20,000 bases of DNA from Malacoraja senta (Eukaryota). The notes beneath the pieces were generated by a model. That model was given only the letters and a program-made list of their open reading frames with translations. It was not told the origin of the DNA and did no database searches. Where the stretch lies: positions 107,626-127,625 of the forward strand of contig JAXLNO010000253.1 in NCBI GenBank assembly GCA_038087875.1. The letters are read 5' to 3'. Both the position numbers and the translations under genes were made by a program. Positions 8,839 through 19,346 of this stretch are shown here, piece by piece. Every line of letters starts with the position of its first letter. Within the stretch, counting starts at the first letter, position 1.

Positions 8839-9534
8839 TCAGCTTTTGTCTATATATTAAAAAAAAGGATAATGCTGACTGATCGTGCACAATTGTGACG
8901 GCTTGATTTCAAAGACAGGACAGGACAGGGGCATTCCCTGAGGGATTTGCGTGGTTGGAAGAGGTTTCGTCTGTGTTTTTCTCCCTCGGTTGTTGTCCGG
9001 GGAGGAAGGCGGCGGCACTCGGCCCGTCGGGGCTAGGATGCGCGGGAGGAAGGCTGAGCTTGGATTGAGGCTTGGAAGGCTGAGCTCACCTCCCCTGCCC
9101 CGACCCGCATCCGGTCCACCACGGAGGGGGAAGCGAGCAAACCCCACATGGACAGTGTCGGTGGTCGCCCTGCCTGGCGACATGTCCTTCGGCCCCTCTC
9201 GTCCGTACAACCCCGGGCTTTCTGCAACACAATCTTGCACTGTTCTGCACTGGATATTGCATTTATTGCGTTTGTCATCACTGTATGTACACTGTTTGCT
9301 CTGGCGGCTGCGTGTGAACGGGAGATTTCATCGTCTCCCGATCGATGTGCAGAACAACAAACTAATGAAGCATCTGGAACACAGTTCTCCTGGGTTGCTG
9401 CAGGCTGAAGCATCAAACTACTTCCCTGTTGAGCCCCATCAGTCCCACAGCACAGAAACACACAGCCATGCCTATCGAAGCTAGTCCCACATGCCCACGT
9501 CTGGCCCCTCACCCTCTCTGCCTTTCCCACCCAT

Positions 9535-9635
9535 GCCTTTAGAAAGGAGATGAGGAGGAATTTCTTTAGCCGGAGGGTGGTGAATCTGTCGAATTCATTG
9601 CCCCAGAGGGCGGTGGAGGCCAAGTCACCGGGTAT
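9535..9635 (+). mobile_element. CR1-like 3' fragment
   Basis: Near-identical to about 11010-11105 (AGGAGGAATTTCTTTAGCC...GGTGGTGAATCTG). Confidence 0.8.
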
Positions 9636-9637
9636 TG

Positions 9638-9933
9638 TTTAGATTTTAGAGATACTGTGCGGAAACAGGCCCTTCGGCCCAACAAGTCATCGCCGACCAG
9701 TGATCACCCCGTATACTAGCTCCATCCTACACACATTAGGTACAATTTTACAGAAGCCAATTAACCTACAAACCAGCAGGTCTTTGGAATGCGGAAGGAA
9801 ACCGGAGCACCCGGAGAAAACCCACACAGGTGACGGGGAGAACTTGCAACTCCGTACAGACAGCACCCGTATTCAGGATGGAACCCGGGTCTCTGGCGCT
9901 GTGAGGCAGCAATTCTACCGCTGCACAACTGTG
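9638..9933 (-). mobile_element. tRNA-derived V-SINE (HE1-like), second copy
   Basis: Colinear with 1441-1752, with the same head, V-domain and GGGCCGAAGGGCCTGTTTCC tail. Confidence 0.88.
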
Positions 9934-10007
9934 TATTTTTCCTATCTATCATTTCATTTGTTACTCACACCAGCAGAGTTGTGCACAAATGGTTCACATT
10001 AATAATG

Positions 10008-10355
10008 TCAATCTGAGGGGCAACATTTCCACACAGATGGTGGTGGGTGTATGGAATGAGCTGCCGGAGGAGGTAGTTGAGGCTGGGACTATCACAACGT
10101 TTAAGAGACACTTGGATAGGACAGGTTTGGAGGGATATGGGCCAAATGCGGGCAAGTGGGACTAGTGTAGATGGAGCATGTTGGTCGGGGTGGGACTAGT
10201 GTAGATGGGGCATATTGGTCGGGGTGGGACTAGTGTAGATGGGGCATGTTGGTCGGGGTGGGACTAGTGTAGATGGGGCATGTTGGTCGGGGTGGGCAAG
10301 TTGGGCCGAAGGAAGGGCCTGTTTCCATGACTGTTTCCATGCTTTGACTCTATGA
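10008..10355 (+). mobile_element. CR1/HER1-like LINE 3' end containing four 34-bp tandem units
   Basis: Same family as 6043-6362. The unit GTGGGACTAGTGTAGATGGGGCATGTTGGTCGGG starts at 10156, 10190, 10224 and 10258. Confidence 0.88.
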
Positions 10356-10804
10356 ACTTCCAAGAGTAACATTCTCCTTACTCTGGATCATTCATTGTTA
10401 ATAAAGAAAGTTTACTTTTCCTGTTTAAATGTCCACAGTAAAGTTTAGTCAGAAGTGAGCCCACCTGCTTCAGCCATGATGAATTAACAAATCATCACTA
10501 TTCACTTCTCAGACGTTAGAATTGGTCAGAACATTCCCTCCACCGTGACCCTTGACACCAATGTCCCTTGGGGTCATGACCTTGCCACCCACAACTTGTG
10601 GCCAGGTCTCAGGCCAATGGGATCCAGACGTCCGTCCACTGGTCAGAACAGTATTTCAGCCACATGAGCAGCAAAGATGAGATAGAATATGGGAAAGACA
10701 TTGAGAACCTTCTGTCTTGAAGGGCCGAATGGCCCACTCCTGCACCTATGGTCAGTATAACAATCCATCCCTCAACATCAGCAAGACAAAAGAGTTAGCG
10801 TTTA

Positions 10805-11252
10805 CAAGAACGACCCCAGGAACGAGTGGGTGAACGTATGATGAGCGTTTGTCGGCGCTGGGCGCTGGGTCTAGAAGATTGGGTGGGGGGGGAGCTCATT
10901 GAAACTTCACCGAACAGTGAAAGGCCCGGATAGAGTGGATGTGGAGAGGATGTTTCCACTAGTGGGAGAGTCTAGGACCAGAGGGCACAGCCTCAGAATT
11001 AAAGGACCTTCCTTTAGGAAGGAGACGAGGAGGAATTTCTTTAGCCAGAGGGTGGTGAATCTGTGGAATTCATTGCTACAGACGGCGGTGGAGGCCACAA
11101 GTCAGTGGATATATTTAAGGCAGAGATAGATAGATTGTTGATTAGTGCGGGTGTTAGGTTATGGGAAGAAGGCAGGAGAAAGGGGTTAGGAGGGAGAGAT
11201 AGATCAGCCATGATTGATTGGTGGGGTAGACTCGATGGGCCGAATGGCCTAA
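10805..11252 (+). mobile_element. CR1-like LINE 3' portion
   Basis: ORF 10899..11129 reads MFPLVGESRTRGHSLRIKG...FFSQRVVNLWNSL, followed by the GATCAGCCATGAT...GGGCCGAATGGCCT tail. Confidence 0.88.
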
Positions 11253-11500
11253 TTCTGAGTCTGTGTGTTATGGTCGTCCCTGACTTAAGGAAATGCAAGC
11301 AGCCACTTTATGTAAAGAGCAACAAGTCGGAGGGCAATTATTGTCCCGCAGACAACTACTGCCCCAGGTGGATATCATTATGTGTGCAACCCACTGGTGG
11401 GCGAAGGGTTAATGTGATAACTGGCTGGATTGAAGCTGATTAGAAAATTGTCAGCTGCTGTGTATAAAAGGGGGAGTTGTGGGAGTGTCTGAGTGCAGTT

Positions 11501-11734
11501 GTCCTGGGCTGTGGATGGGAGCAATGGTCCTGGGCTGTGGGTGGGAGCAGTGGTCCTGGGCTGTGGATGGGAGCAGTGGTCCTGGGCTGTGGATGGGAGC
11601 AGTGGTCCTGGGCTGTGGATGGGAGCAGTGGTCCTGGGCTGTGGCTGGGAGCAGTGGTCCTGGGCTGTGGATGGGAGCAGTGGTGCTGGGCTGTGGATGG
11701 GAGCAGTGGTCCTGGGCTGTGGATGGGAGCAGTG
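11501..11734. repeat. 26-bp minisatellite, 9 copies
   Basis: Unit GTCCTGGGCTGTGGATGGGAGCAGTG with only a few substitutions. Confidence 0.95.
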
Positions 11735-11962
11735 CTCAGGGTAGAGACAGGGAGTCGCCCCTTGATTCTGATGTGGATCTACATCTCCAGGGCATGAGGT
11801 CGGTGAGAACAGTATCCCTCTCTACTGAATTGTGTTTGCTTCTTTAATTCTGCTAACTTTTCCTTTCAATTGTTGTCATTTGAAGTGTCCAGGGTTTTTA
11901 ATGATTATTTTTTTCTGGTGCAACTGGAATTGTGCTGATTCTGTGCTGTATCTCCGAAACTA

Positions 11963-12035
11963 AAAGGATGTTTCTACTAGCGGGAGAGTCTCGGACCAGA
12001 GGGCACAGTGTCAGAATAAAAGGATGTATCTTTAC
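11963..12035 (+). mobile_element. Short CR1-like fragment
   Basis: Aligns by eye to about 10947-11015 (AGGATGTTTC...GGGAGAGTCT...GACCAGAGGGCACAG). Confidence 0.75.
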
Positions 12036-12094
12036 TAAAGTGATGATACCCTAACCTTATCACAACTGAAATTGAATCTGACTGATGTAAAATG

Positions 12095-12666
12095 TAGAAA
12101 CCAAGACCTGTAGATGCTGGTTTATACCAAAGATAGGCACATTGCTGGAGTGACTGAGTGGGTCAGGCAGCATCTCTGGATAAACAAGTGATTTTGGGAT
12201 GGAATAGAAGAAGGTTTTCTTACCCAAAATATCACCCATCCTTTTCCTCCAGAGATGATGCCTGATGTGCTGAGTTTCTCCAGCACTCTTATCATAGTCT
12301 TCTCTATATCCCGCAGCTCTGCTCTTAATCCCCATCCCCTACTCGTAACAAGGACAGAGTCCCCCATGTCCTCACCTTCCACCCTACCAGCCGTCACATA
12401 CAACAGATAATCCTCCAACATTTTCACCACCTCCAACGGGAGCCCACCACTGGCCTCATCTTCCCATTCTCCAATTTCAGTGGTTTCTCCCTCCTTCCCC
12501 TTCCCAGCTCTCCCACAGCCTACTGTCTCTGCCTTTTCCGTCCTTTTTCCCGCACCCCCACCCCAACTTCAGTCTGAAGAAGGGTCTCGACCTGAAACGT
12601 CACCTATTCCTTCTCTCCATAGATGCTGCCTCACCCGCTGAGTTACTCCAGCATTTTTGTCTACCT
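12095..12666 (+). mobile_element. Penelope-like remnant: inverted terminal-repeat pair, coding fragment and terminal repeat
   Basis: Inverted pair at 12143-12180 and 12248-12285. Positions 12344-12466 translate as RNKDRVPHVLTFHPTSRHIQQIILQHFHHLQREPTTGLIFP, resembling the Penelope RT-to-endonuclease linker. The best terminal motif follows at 12570-12660. Confidence 0.8.
12570..12605 (+). ncRNA. Minimal type I hammerhead-ribozyme-like motif
   Basis: CUGAAGA (12574-12580), an extra A, stem II GGGU-CUCG-ACCU, GAAA, palindromic ACGU and a GUC site at 12599-12601. Stem I is only about 2 bp. Confidence 0.55.
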
Positions 12667-13130
12667 GGATGGGCCTGCAGTGCGGCGGATGACCACAAGG
12701 TGGGGCTGTTGACCATAAATTCGACGGGCCTGCAGTGCGGTGGATCACCACACGGTGGGAGTGTTGACCATAAATTGGACGGGCCTGCAGTGCGGTGGAT
12801 CATACATAGATACATAGAAAATGGGTGCAGGAGTAGGCCATTCGGCCCTTCGAGCCTGCACCGCCATTCAATATGATCATGGCTGATCATCCAACTCAGT
12901 ATCCCGTAACAGGTCGCTCCAATTTGTGGATCACCACACGGTGGGAGTGTTGACCACAAATTGGATGGGCCTGCAGTGCAGTGGATCACCACACGGTGGG
13001 AGTGTTGACCACAAATTGGACGGGCCTGCAGTGTGGCGGATCACCACACGGTGGGAGTGTTGACCACAAATTGGACGGGCCTGCAGTGCGGCGGATCACC
13101 ACACGGTGGGAGTGTTGACCACAAATTGGA
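12667..13130. repeat. 55-bp minisatellite interrupted by a CR1 tail
   Basis: Unit GGACGGGCCTGCAGTGCGGCGGATCACCACACGGTGGGAGTGTTGACCACAAATT starts at 12667, 12722, 12777, 12963, 13018 and 13073. Confidence 0.92.
12803..12908 (-). mobile_element. CR1-like LINE 3' tail, heavily 5'-truncated
   Basis: Reverse complement of the 14300-14390 tail (CAGCCATGATCA...GCTCGAAGGGCCGAATGGCCTACTCCTGCACC) with a short-repeat end. Confidence 0.85.
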
Positions 13131-13311
13131 GCGACCTGTTATGTGAATTCACTGCACATTGGGAACGCTGTCTACAAATTAGATATTGTGCTCTTTACTG
13201 CAAAATGGTTCTTTGTTGCTCTGTGACCCTTTACCTTTCCCCGTAATGCACCCATTGCACAGATGCCAAATTTAGTAAAAACCCTGAAACCAGGGAAGAT
13301 TTGGGATGAAA

Positions 13312-13437
13312 ATCAAGGAACTGCAGGTGCTGGTTTACAAAAAAAAGGCACAAAGTGCTGGAGTAACTCAGCGGGTCAGGCAGCATCTGTGGGGAACATG
13401 GATAGGTGAGATTTTGGGTTGGGAGCCTCAGACTGAT
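13312..13437 (-). mobile_element. Degenerate Penelope-like terminal repeat
   Basis: TGCTGGAGTAACTCAGCGGGTCAGGCAGCATCTGTGGGGAACATGGATAGGTGA is the reverse complement of the family at 5875-6040 and 12600-12660. Confidence 0.72.
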
Positions 13438-13659
13438 TTCTGGGTGTGGTTCCATTTCCTTCATGAAGGCAGTAGCAAGAATGAATTTGTCTCCTGGATA
13501 GATGTCCAATTGTGTTTTAATTGGGGCACTTTTTGAAGACTGGTTTTCAGTTGATGACTAATTGTTATGATTAAGAAGACAGCGAGGAATTTAAAGTGGA
13601 TCTACATTGTACTTGGTTGAGGAAAGTTAATGTGAACTAGTTGTTAACCTCTTGTGTGA

Positions 13660-14396
13660 AATGGGGAAGTACAACGGGATCTAGAGGTCCTTGTTCATCA
13701 GTCACTGAAGGTAAGCATGTAGGTACAGCAGGCAGTGAAGAAAGCCAATGGCATGTTGGCCTTTATAACAAGAGGAGTTGAGTATAGGAGCAAAGAGGTC
13801 CTTCTGCAGTTGTACAGGGCCCTAGTGAGACCACACCTGGAGTATTGTGTGCAGTGTTGGTCCCCTAACTGGAGGAAGGACATTCTTGCTATTGAGGGAG
13901 CCCAGCGTAGGTTCACCGGGTTAATTCCCAGGATGGTGGGACTGTCATATGCTGAGAGAATGGAGCGGCTGGGCTTGTACACTCTGGAGTTTAGAAGGAT
14001 GAGAGGCAATCTCATTGAAACATATAAGATTGTTAAGGGCTTGGACACGCGAGAGGCAGGAAACATGTTCCCGATGTTGGGGGAGTCCAGAACCAGGGGC
14101 CACACACAGTTTAAGAATAAGGGGTAAGCCATTTAGAACGGAGATGAGGAAACACTTTTTCTCACAGAGAGTGGTGGGTCTGTGGGATTCTCTGCCTCAG
14201 AGGGCGGTGGAGGCCGGTTCTCTGGATGCTTTCCAGAGAGAGCTAGATAGGGCTCTTAAAAATAGCGGAGTCAGGGGATATGGGGAGAAGGCAGGAACGG
14301 GGTACTGATTGGGGATGTTCAGCCATGATCACATTGAATTGCGGTGCTGGCTCGAAGGGTGAATGGCCTATACTCCTGCACCTATTGTCTATTGTC
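13660..14396 (+). mobile_element. CR1-clade LINE 3' end with intact tail
   Basis: ORF 13735..14127 is highly similar to ORF 51..599. The element ends in (CTATTGT)2. Confidence 0.93.
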
Positions 14397-14420
14397 AAAC
14401 CCCAACCCTTAACCCTTAAC

Positions 14421-17400
14421 TCACTGTGGTCACACACTGGTCACTGCACCCACACACTGGTCACTGCGGCCACACACTGGTCACTGCGGCCACACACTGG
14501 TCACTGCGGCCACACACTGGTCACTGTGGCCACACAGAGGTCACTGTGGTCACACAGAGGTCACTGTGGCCACACAGAGGTCACTGTGGCCACACAGAGG
14601 TCACTGTGGCCACACAGAGATCACTGTGGCCACACAAAGGTCACTGTGGCCACACAGAGGTCACTGAGCCCACACACTGGTCACTGCACCCACACACTGG
14701 TCACTGCGCCCACACACTGGTCACTGCGGCCACACGGAGGTCACTGAGCCCACACACTGGTCACTGCACCCACACACTGGTCACTGCACCCACACACTGG
14801 TCACTGCACCCACACACTGGTCACTGCACCCACACACTGGTCACTGCACCCACACACTGGTCACTGCGGCCACACACTGGTCACTGCGGCCACACACTGG
14901 TCACTGCGGCCACACACTGGTCACTGCGGTCACACAGTGGTCACTGCACCCACACAGTGGTCACTGCACCCGCACACTGGTCACTGCACCCGCACACTGG
15001 TCACTGCACCCACACACTGGTCACTGCGGCCACACACTGGTCACTGCACCTGCACACTGGTCACTGCGGTCACACACTGGTCACTGCACCCACACACTGG
15101 TCACTGCGGCCACACACTGGTCACTGCGGTCACTGCGGCCACACACTGGTCACTGCGGCCACACACTGGTCACTGCACCCACACACTGGTCACTGCGGCC
15201 ACACGCTGGTCACTGCGGCCACACACTGGTCACTGCGGTCACTGCACCCATACACTGGTCACTGCGGCCACACACTGGTCACTGCAGTCACTGCACCCAC
15301 ACACTGGTCACTGCGGCCACACACTGGTCACTGCGGCCACACACTGGTCACTGCGGTCACTGCACCCATACACTGGTCACTGCGGCCACACACTGGTCAC
15401 TGCTGTCACACACTGGTCACTGCGGCCACACACTGGTCACTGCGGCCACACACTGATCACTGCGGCCACACGGAGGTCACTGAGCCCACACACTGGTCAC
15501 TGCACCCACACACTGGTCACTGCACCCACACACTGGTCACTGCGGCCACACACTGGTCACTGCGGTCACACACTGGTCACTGCACCCACACACTGGTCAC
15601 TGCACCCACACACTGGTCACTGCGGTCACACAGTGGTCACTGCACCCACACAGTGGTCACTGCACCCACACAGTGGTCACTGCACCCACACAGTGGTCAC
15701 TGCACCCGCACACTGGTCACTGCACCCGCACACTGGTCACTGCGGCCACACACTGGTCACTGCACCCACACACTGGTCACTGTGGCCACACACTGGTCAC
15801 TGCGGTCACTGCACCCATACACTGGTCACTGCGGCCACACACTGGTCACTGCGGCCACACACTGGTCACTGCGGCCACACACTGGTCACTGCGGCCACAC
15901 ACTGGTCACTGCACCCACACACTGGTCACTGCACCCACACACTGGTCACTGCGGCCACACACTGGTCACTGCGGCCACACACTGGTCACTGCTTTCACTG
16001 TACCCATACACTGGTCACTGCGGCCACACACTGGTCGCTGCGGTCACTGCACCCACACACTGGTCACTGCACCCATACACTGGTCACTGCGGCCACACAC
16101 TGGTCACTGCGGTCACTACACCCACACACTGGTCACTGCGGCCACACACTGGTCACTGCGGCCACACACTGGTCACTGCGGTCACTGCACCCATACACTG
16201 GTCACTGCGGCCACACACTGGTCACTGCTGTCACACACTGGTCACTGTGGCCACACACTGGTCACTGCGGCCACACACTGGTCACTGCGGCCACACGGAG
16301 GTCACTGAGCCCACACACTGGTCACTGCACCCACACACTGGTCACTGCACCCACACACTGGTCACTGCGGCCACACACTGGTCACTGCGGCCACACACTG
16401 GTCACTGCGGCCACACACTGGTCACTGCGGCCACACACTGGTCACTGCGGTCACACAGTGGTCACTGCGGTCACACAGTGGTCACTGCACCCACACAGTG
16501 GTCACTGCACCCACACACTGGTCACTGCACCCGCACACTGGTCACTGCACCCACACACTGGTCACTGCGGCCACACACTGGTCACTGCACCTGCACACTG
16601 GTCACTGCGGCCACACACTGGTCACTGCACCCACACACTGGTCACTGCGGCCACACACTGGTCACTGCGGTCACTGCACCCACACACTGGTCACTGCGGC
16701 CACACACCGGTCACTGCACCCACACACTGGTCACTGCGGCCACACGCTGGTCACTGCGGCCACACACTGGTCACTGCGGTCACTGCACCCATACACTGGT
16801 CACTGCGGCCACACACTGGTCACTGCGGTCACTGCACCCACACACTGGTCACTGCGGCCACACAATGGTCACTGCGGCCACACACTGGTCACTGCGGTCA
16901 CTGCACCCATACACTGGTCACTGCGGCCACACACTGGTCACTGCTGTCACACACTGGTCACTGCGGCCACACACTGGTCACTGCGGCCACACACTGATCA
17001 CTGCGGCCACACGGAGGTCACTGAGCCCACACACTGGTCACTGCACCCACACACTGGTCACTGCACCCACACACTGGTCACTGCGGCCACACACTGGTCA
17101 CTGCGGTCACACACTGGTCACTGCGGTCACACACTGGTCACTGCACCCACACACTGGTCACTGCACCCACACACTGGTCACTGCACCCACACAGTGGTCA
17201 CTGCACCCACACAGTGGTCACTGCACCCACACAGTGGTCACTGCACCCGCACACTGGTCACTGCACCCGCACACTGGTCACTGCGGCCACACACTGGTCA
17301 CTGCACCCACACACTGGTCACTGCGGCCACACACTGGTCACTGCGGTCACTGCACCCATACACTGGTCACTGCGGCTACACACTGGTCACTGCGGCCACA

Positions 17401-18963
17401 CACTGGTCACTGCGGCCACACACTGGTCACTGCGGCCACACACTGGTCACTGCAACCACACACTGGTCACTGCACCCACACACTGGTCACTGCGGCCACA
17501 CACTGGTCACTGCGGCCACACACTGGTCACTGCTTTCACTGTACCCATACACTGGTCACTGCGGCCACACACTGGTCGCTGCGGTCACTGCACCCACACA
17601 CTGGTCACTGCACCCGCACACTGGTCACTGCGGCCACACACTGGTCACTGCACCCACACACTGGTCACTGCGGCCACACACTGGTCACTGCGGTCACTGC
17701 ACCCATACACTGGTCACTGCGGCCACACACTGGTCACTGCGGCCACACACTGGTCACTGCGGCCACACACTGGTCACTGCGGCCACACACTGGTCACTGC
17801 ACCCACACACTGGTCACTGCACCCACACATTGGTCACTGCGGCCACACACTGGTCACTGCGGCCACACACTGGTCACTGCTTTCACTGCACCCATACACT
17901 GGTCACTGCGGCCACACACTGGTCGCTGCGGTCACTGCACCCACACACTGGTCACTGCACCCATACACTGGTCACTGCGGCCACACACTGGTCACTGCGG
18001 CCACACACTGGTCACTGCGGTCACTGCACCCATACACTGGTCACTGCGGCCACACACTGGTCACTGCTGTCACACACTGGTCACTGCGGCCACACACTGG
18101 TCACTGCGGCCACACACTGGTCACTGCGGCCACACGGAGGTCACTGCGGCCACACGGAGGTCACTGAGCCCACACACTGGTCACTGCACCCACACACTGG
18201 TCACTGCGGCCACACACTGGTCACTGCGGCCACACACTGGTCACTGCGGTCACACACTGGTCACTGCACCCACACACTGGTCACTGCACCCACACACTGG
18301 TCACTGCGGTCACACAGTGGTCACTGCACCCACACAGTGGTCACTGCACCCACACAGTGGTCACTGCACCCACACAGTGGTCACTGCACCCGCACACTGG
18401 TCACTGCACCCGCACACTGGTCACTGCGGCCACACACTGGTCACTGCACCCACACACTGGTCACTGCGGCCACACACTGGTCACTGCGGTCACTGCACCC
18501 ATACACTGGTCACTGCGGCCACACACTGGTCACTGCGGCCACACACTGGTCACTGCGGCCACACACTGGTCACTGTGGCCACACACTGGTCACTGCACCC
18601 ACACACTGGTCACTGCACCCACACACTGGTCACTGCGGCCACACACTGGTCACTGCGGTCACTGCACCCATACACTGGTCACTGCGGCCACACACTGGTC
18701 GCTGCGGTCACTGCACCCACACACTGGCCACTGCGGCCACACACTGGTCACTGCGGCCACACACTGGTCGCTGCGGTCACTGCACCCATACACTGGTCAC
18801 TGCGGCCACACACTGGTCACTGCTGTCACACACTGGTCACTGCGGCCACACACTGGTCACTGCGGCCACACACTGGTCACTGCGGCCACACAGTGGTCAC
18901 TGCTGTCACACACTGGTCACTGCGGCCACACACTAGTCACTGCGGCCACACACTGGTCACTGC
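14421..18963. repeat. 20-bp satellite or minisatellite array, about 4.5 kb and roughly 230 units, with 9-bp short units and higher-order structure
   Basis: Unit TCACTGC(GG/AC)CCACACACTGG. Rare variant units recur 1541 bp apart. Confidence 0.97.
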
Positions 18964-18965
18964 GT

Positions 18966-19210
18966 AGTAACAAAAGCAAACTCAATGCTGGCATTTATTT
19001 ACAGAGGGCTTGTGTACAACAGGGATGTATTGGAGACTCTACAAGGTGGGATGTAATGGTGAGAGTCTACAAGGTGGGATGTAACGTTGAGACTCTACAA
19101 GGCGCTCGTCAGGCAGCATTTGGAATATTGTGAGCAGTTTTGGGCCCCGTATCTGAGGAAGGATGTGCAGGCTCTGGAGAGAGGGTCCAGTGGAGGTTTA
19201 CAAGGATTGA
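18966..19210 (+). mobile_element. CR1-like ORF2 fragment with a 28-bp triplication
   Basis: Homologous to about 13735-13925. GAGA(C/G)TCTACAAGG occurs at 19033, 19061 and 19089. Confidence 0.8.
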
Positions 19211-19346
19211 CCTATGATCCCTGACACAAGGTCAAAGGTTACCAGTCCCTGGAGGACAAGAACTCGGACCAATCGGAGGAGGGAGAAACTCCCCATGACC
19301 CGCGGGACAGCAGGGAACGACAGAGGCTGAGGAATGGCTTCAATGG

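Noticed and set aside
10380..10720. Possible host exon in unique sequence
   Set aside because: No convincing ORF, paired splice sites or recognisable protein motif was found by eye.
11477..11847. Three overlapping Trp/Gly-rich ORFs
   Set aside because: They arise from the stop-free 26-bp minisatellite.
14421..18963. CRISPR-like array, or RAG recombination signals (CACAGTG and CACTGTG in some units)
   Set aside because: Units are head to tail with no unique spacers and no cas genes. The heptamers lack a nonamer at 12 or 23 bp spacing and there are no V, D or J segments.
14426..19133. Very long His/Thr/Cys-rich ORFs, up to 1513 aa
   Set aside because: The 20-bp unit has no + strand stop codon and cycles through all frames, so all three frames give the same peptide. 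This is a satellite artefact.
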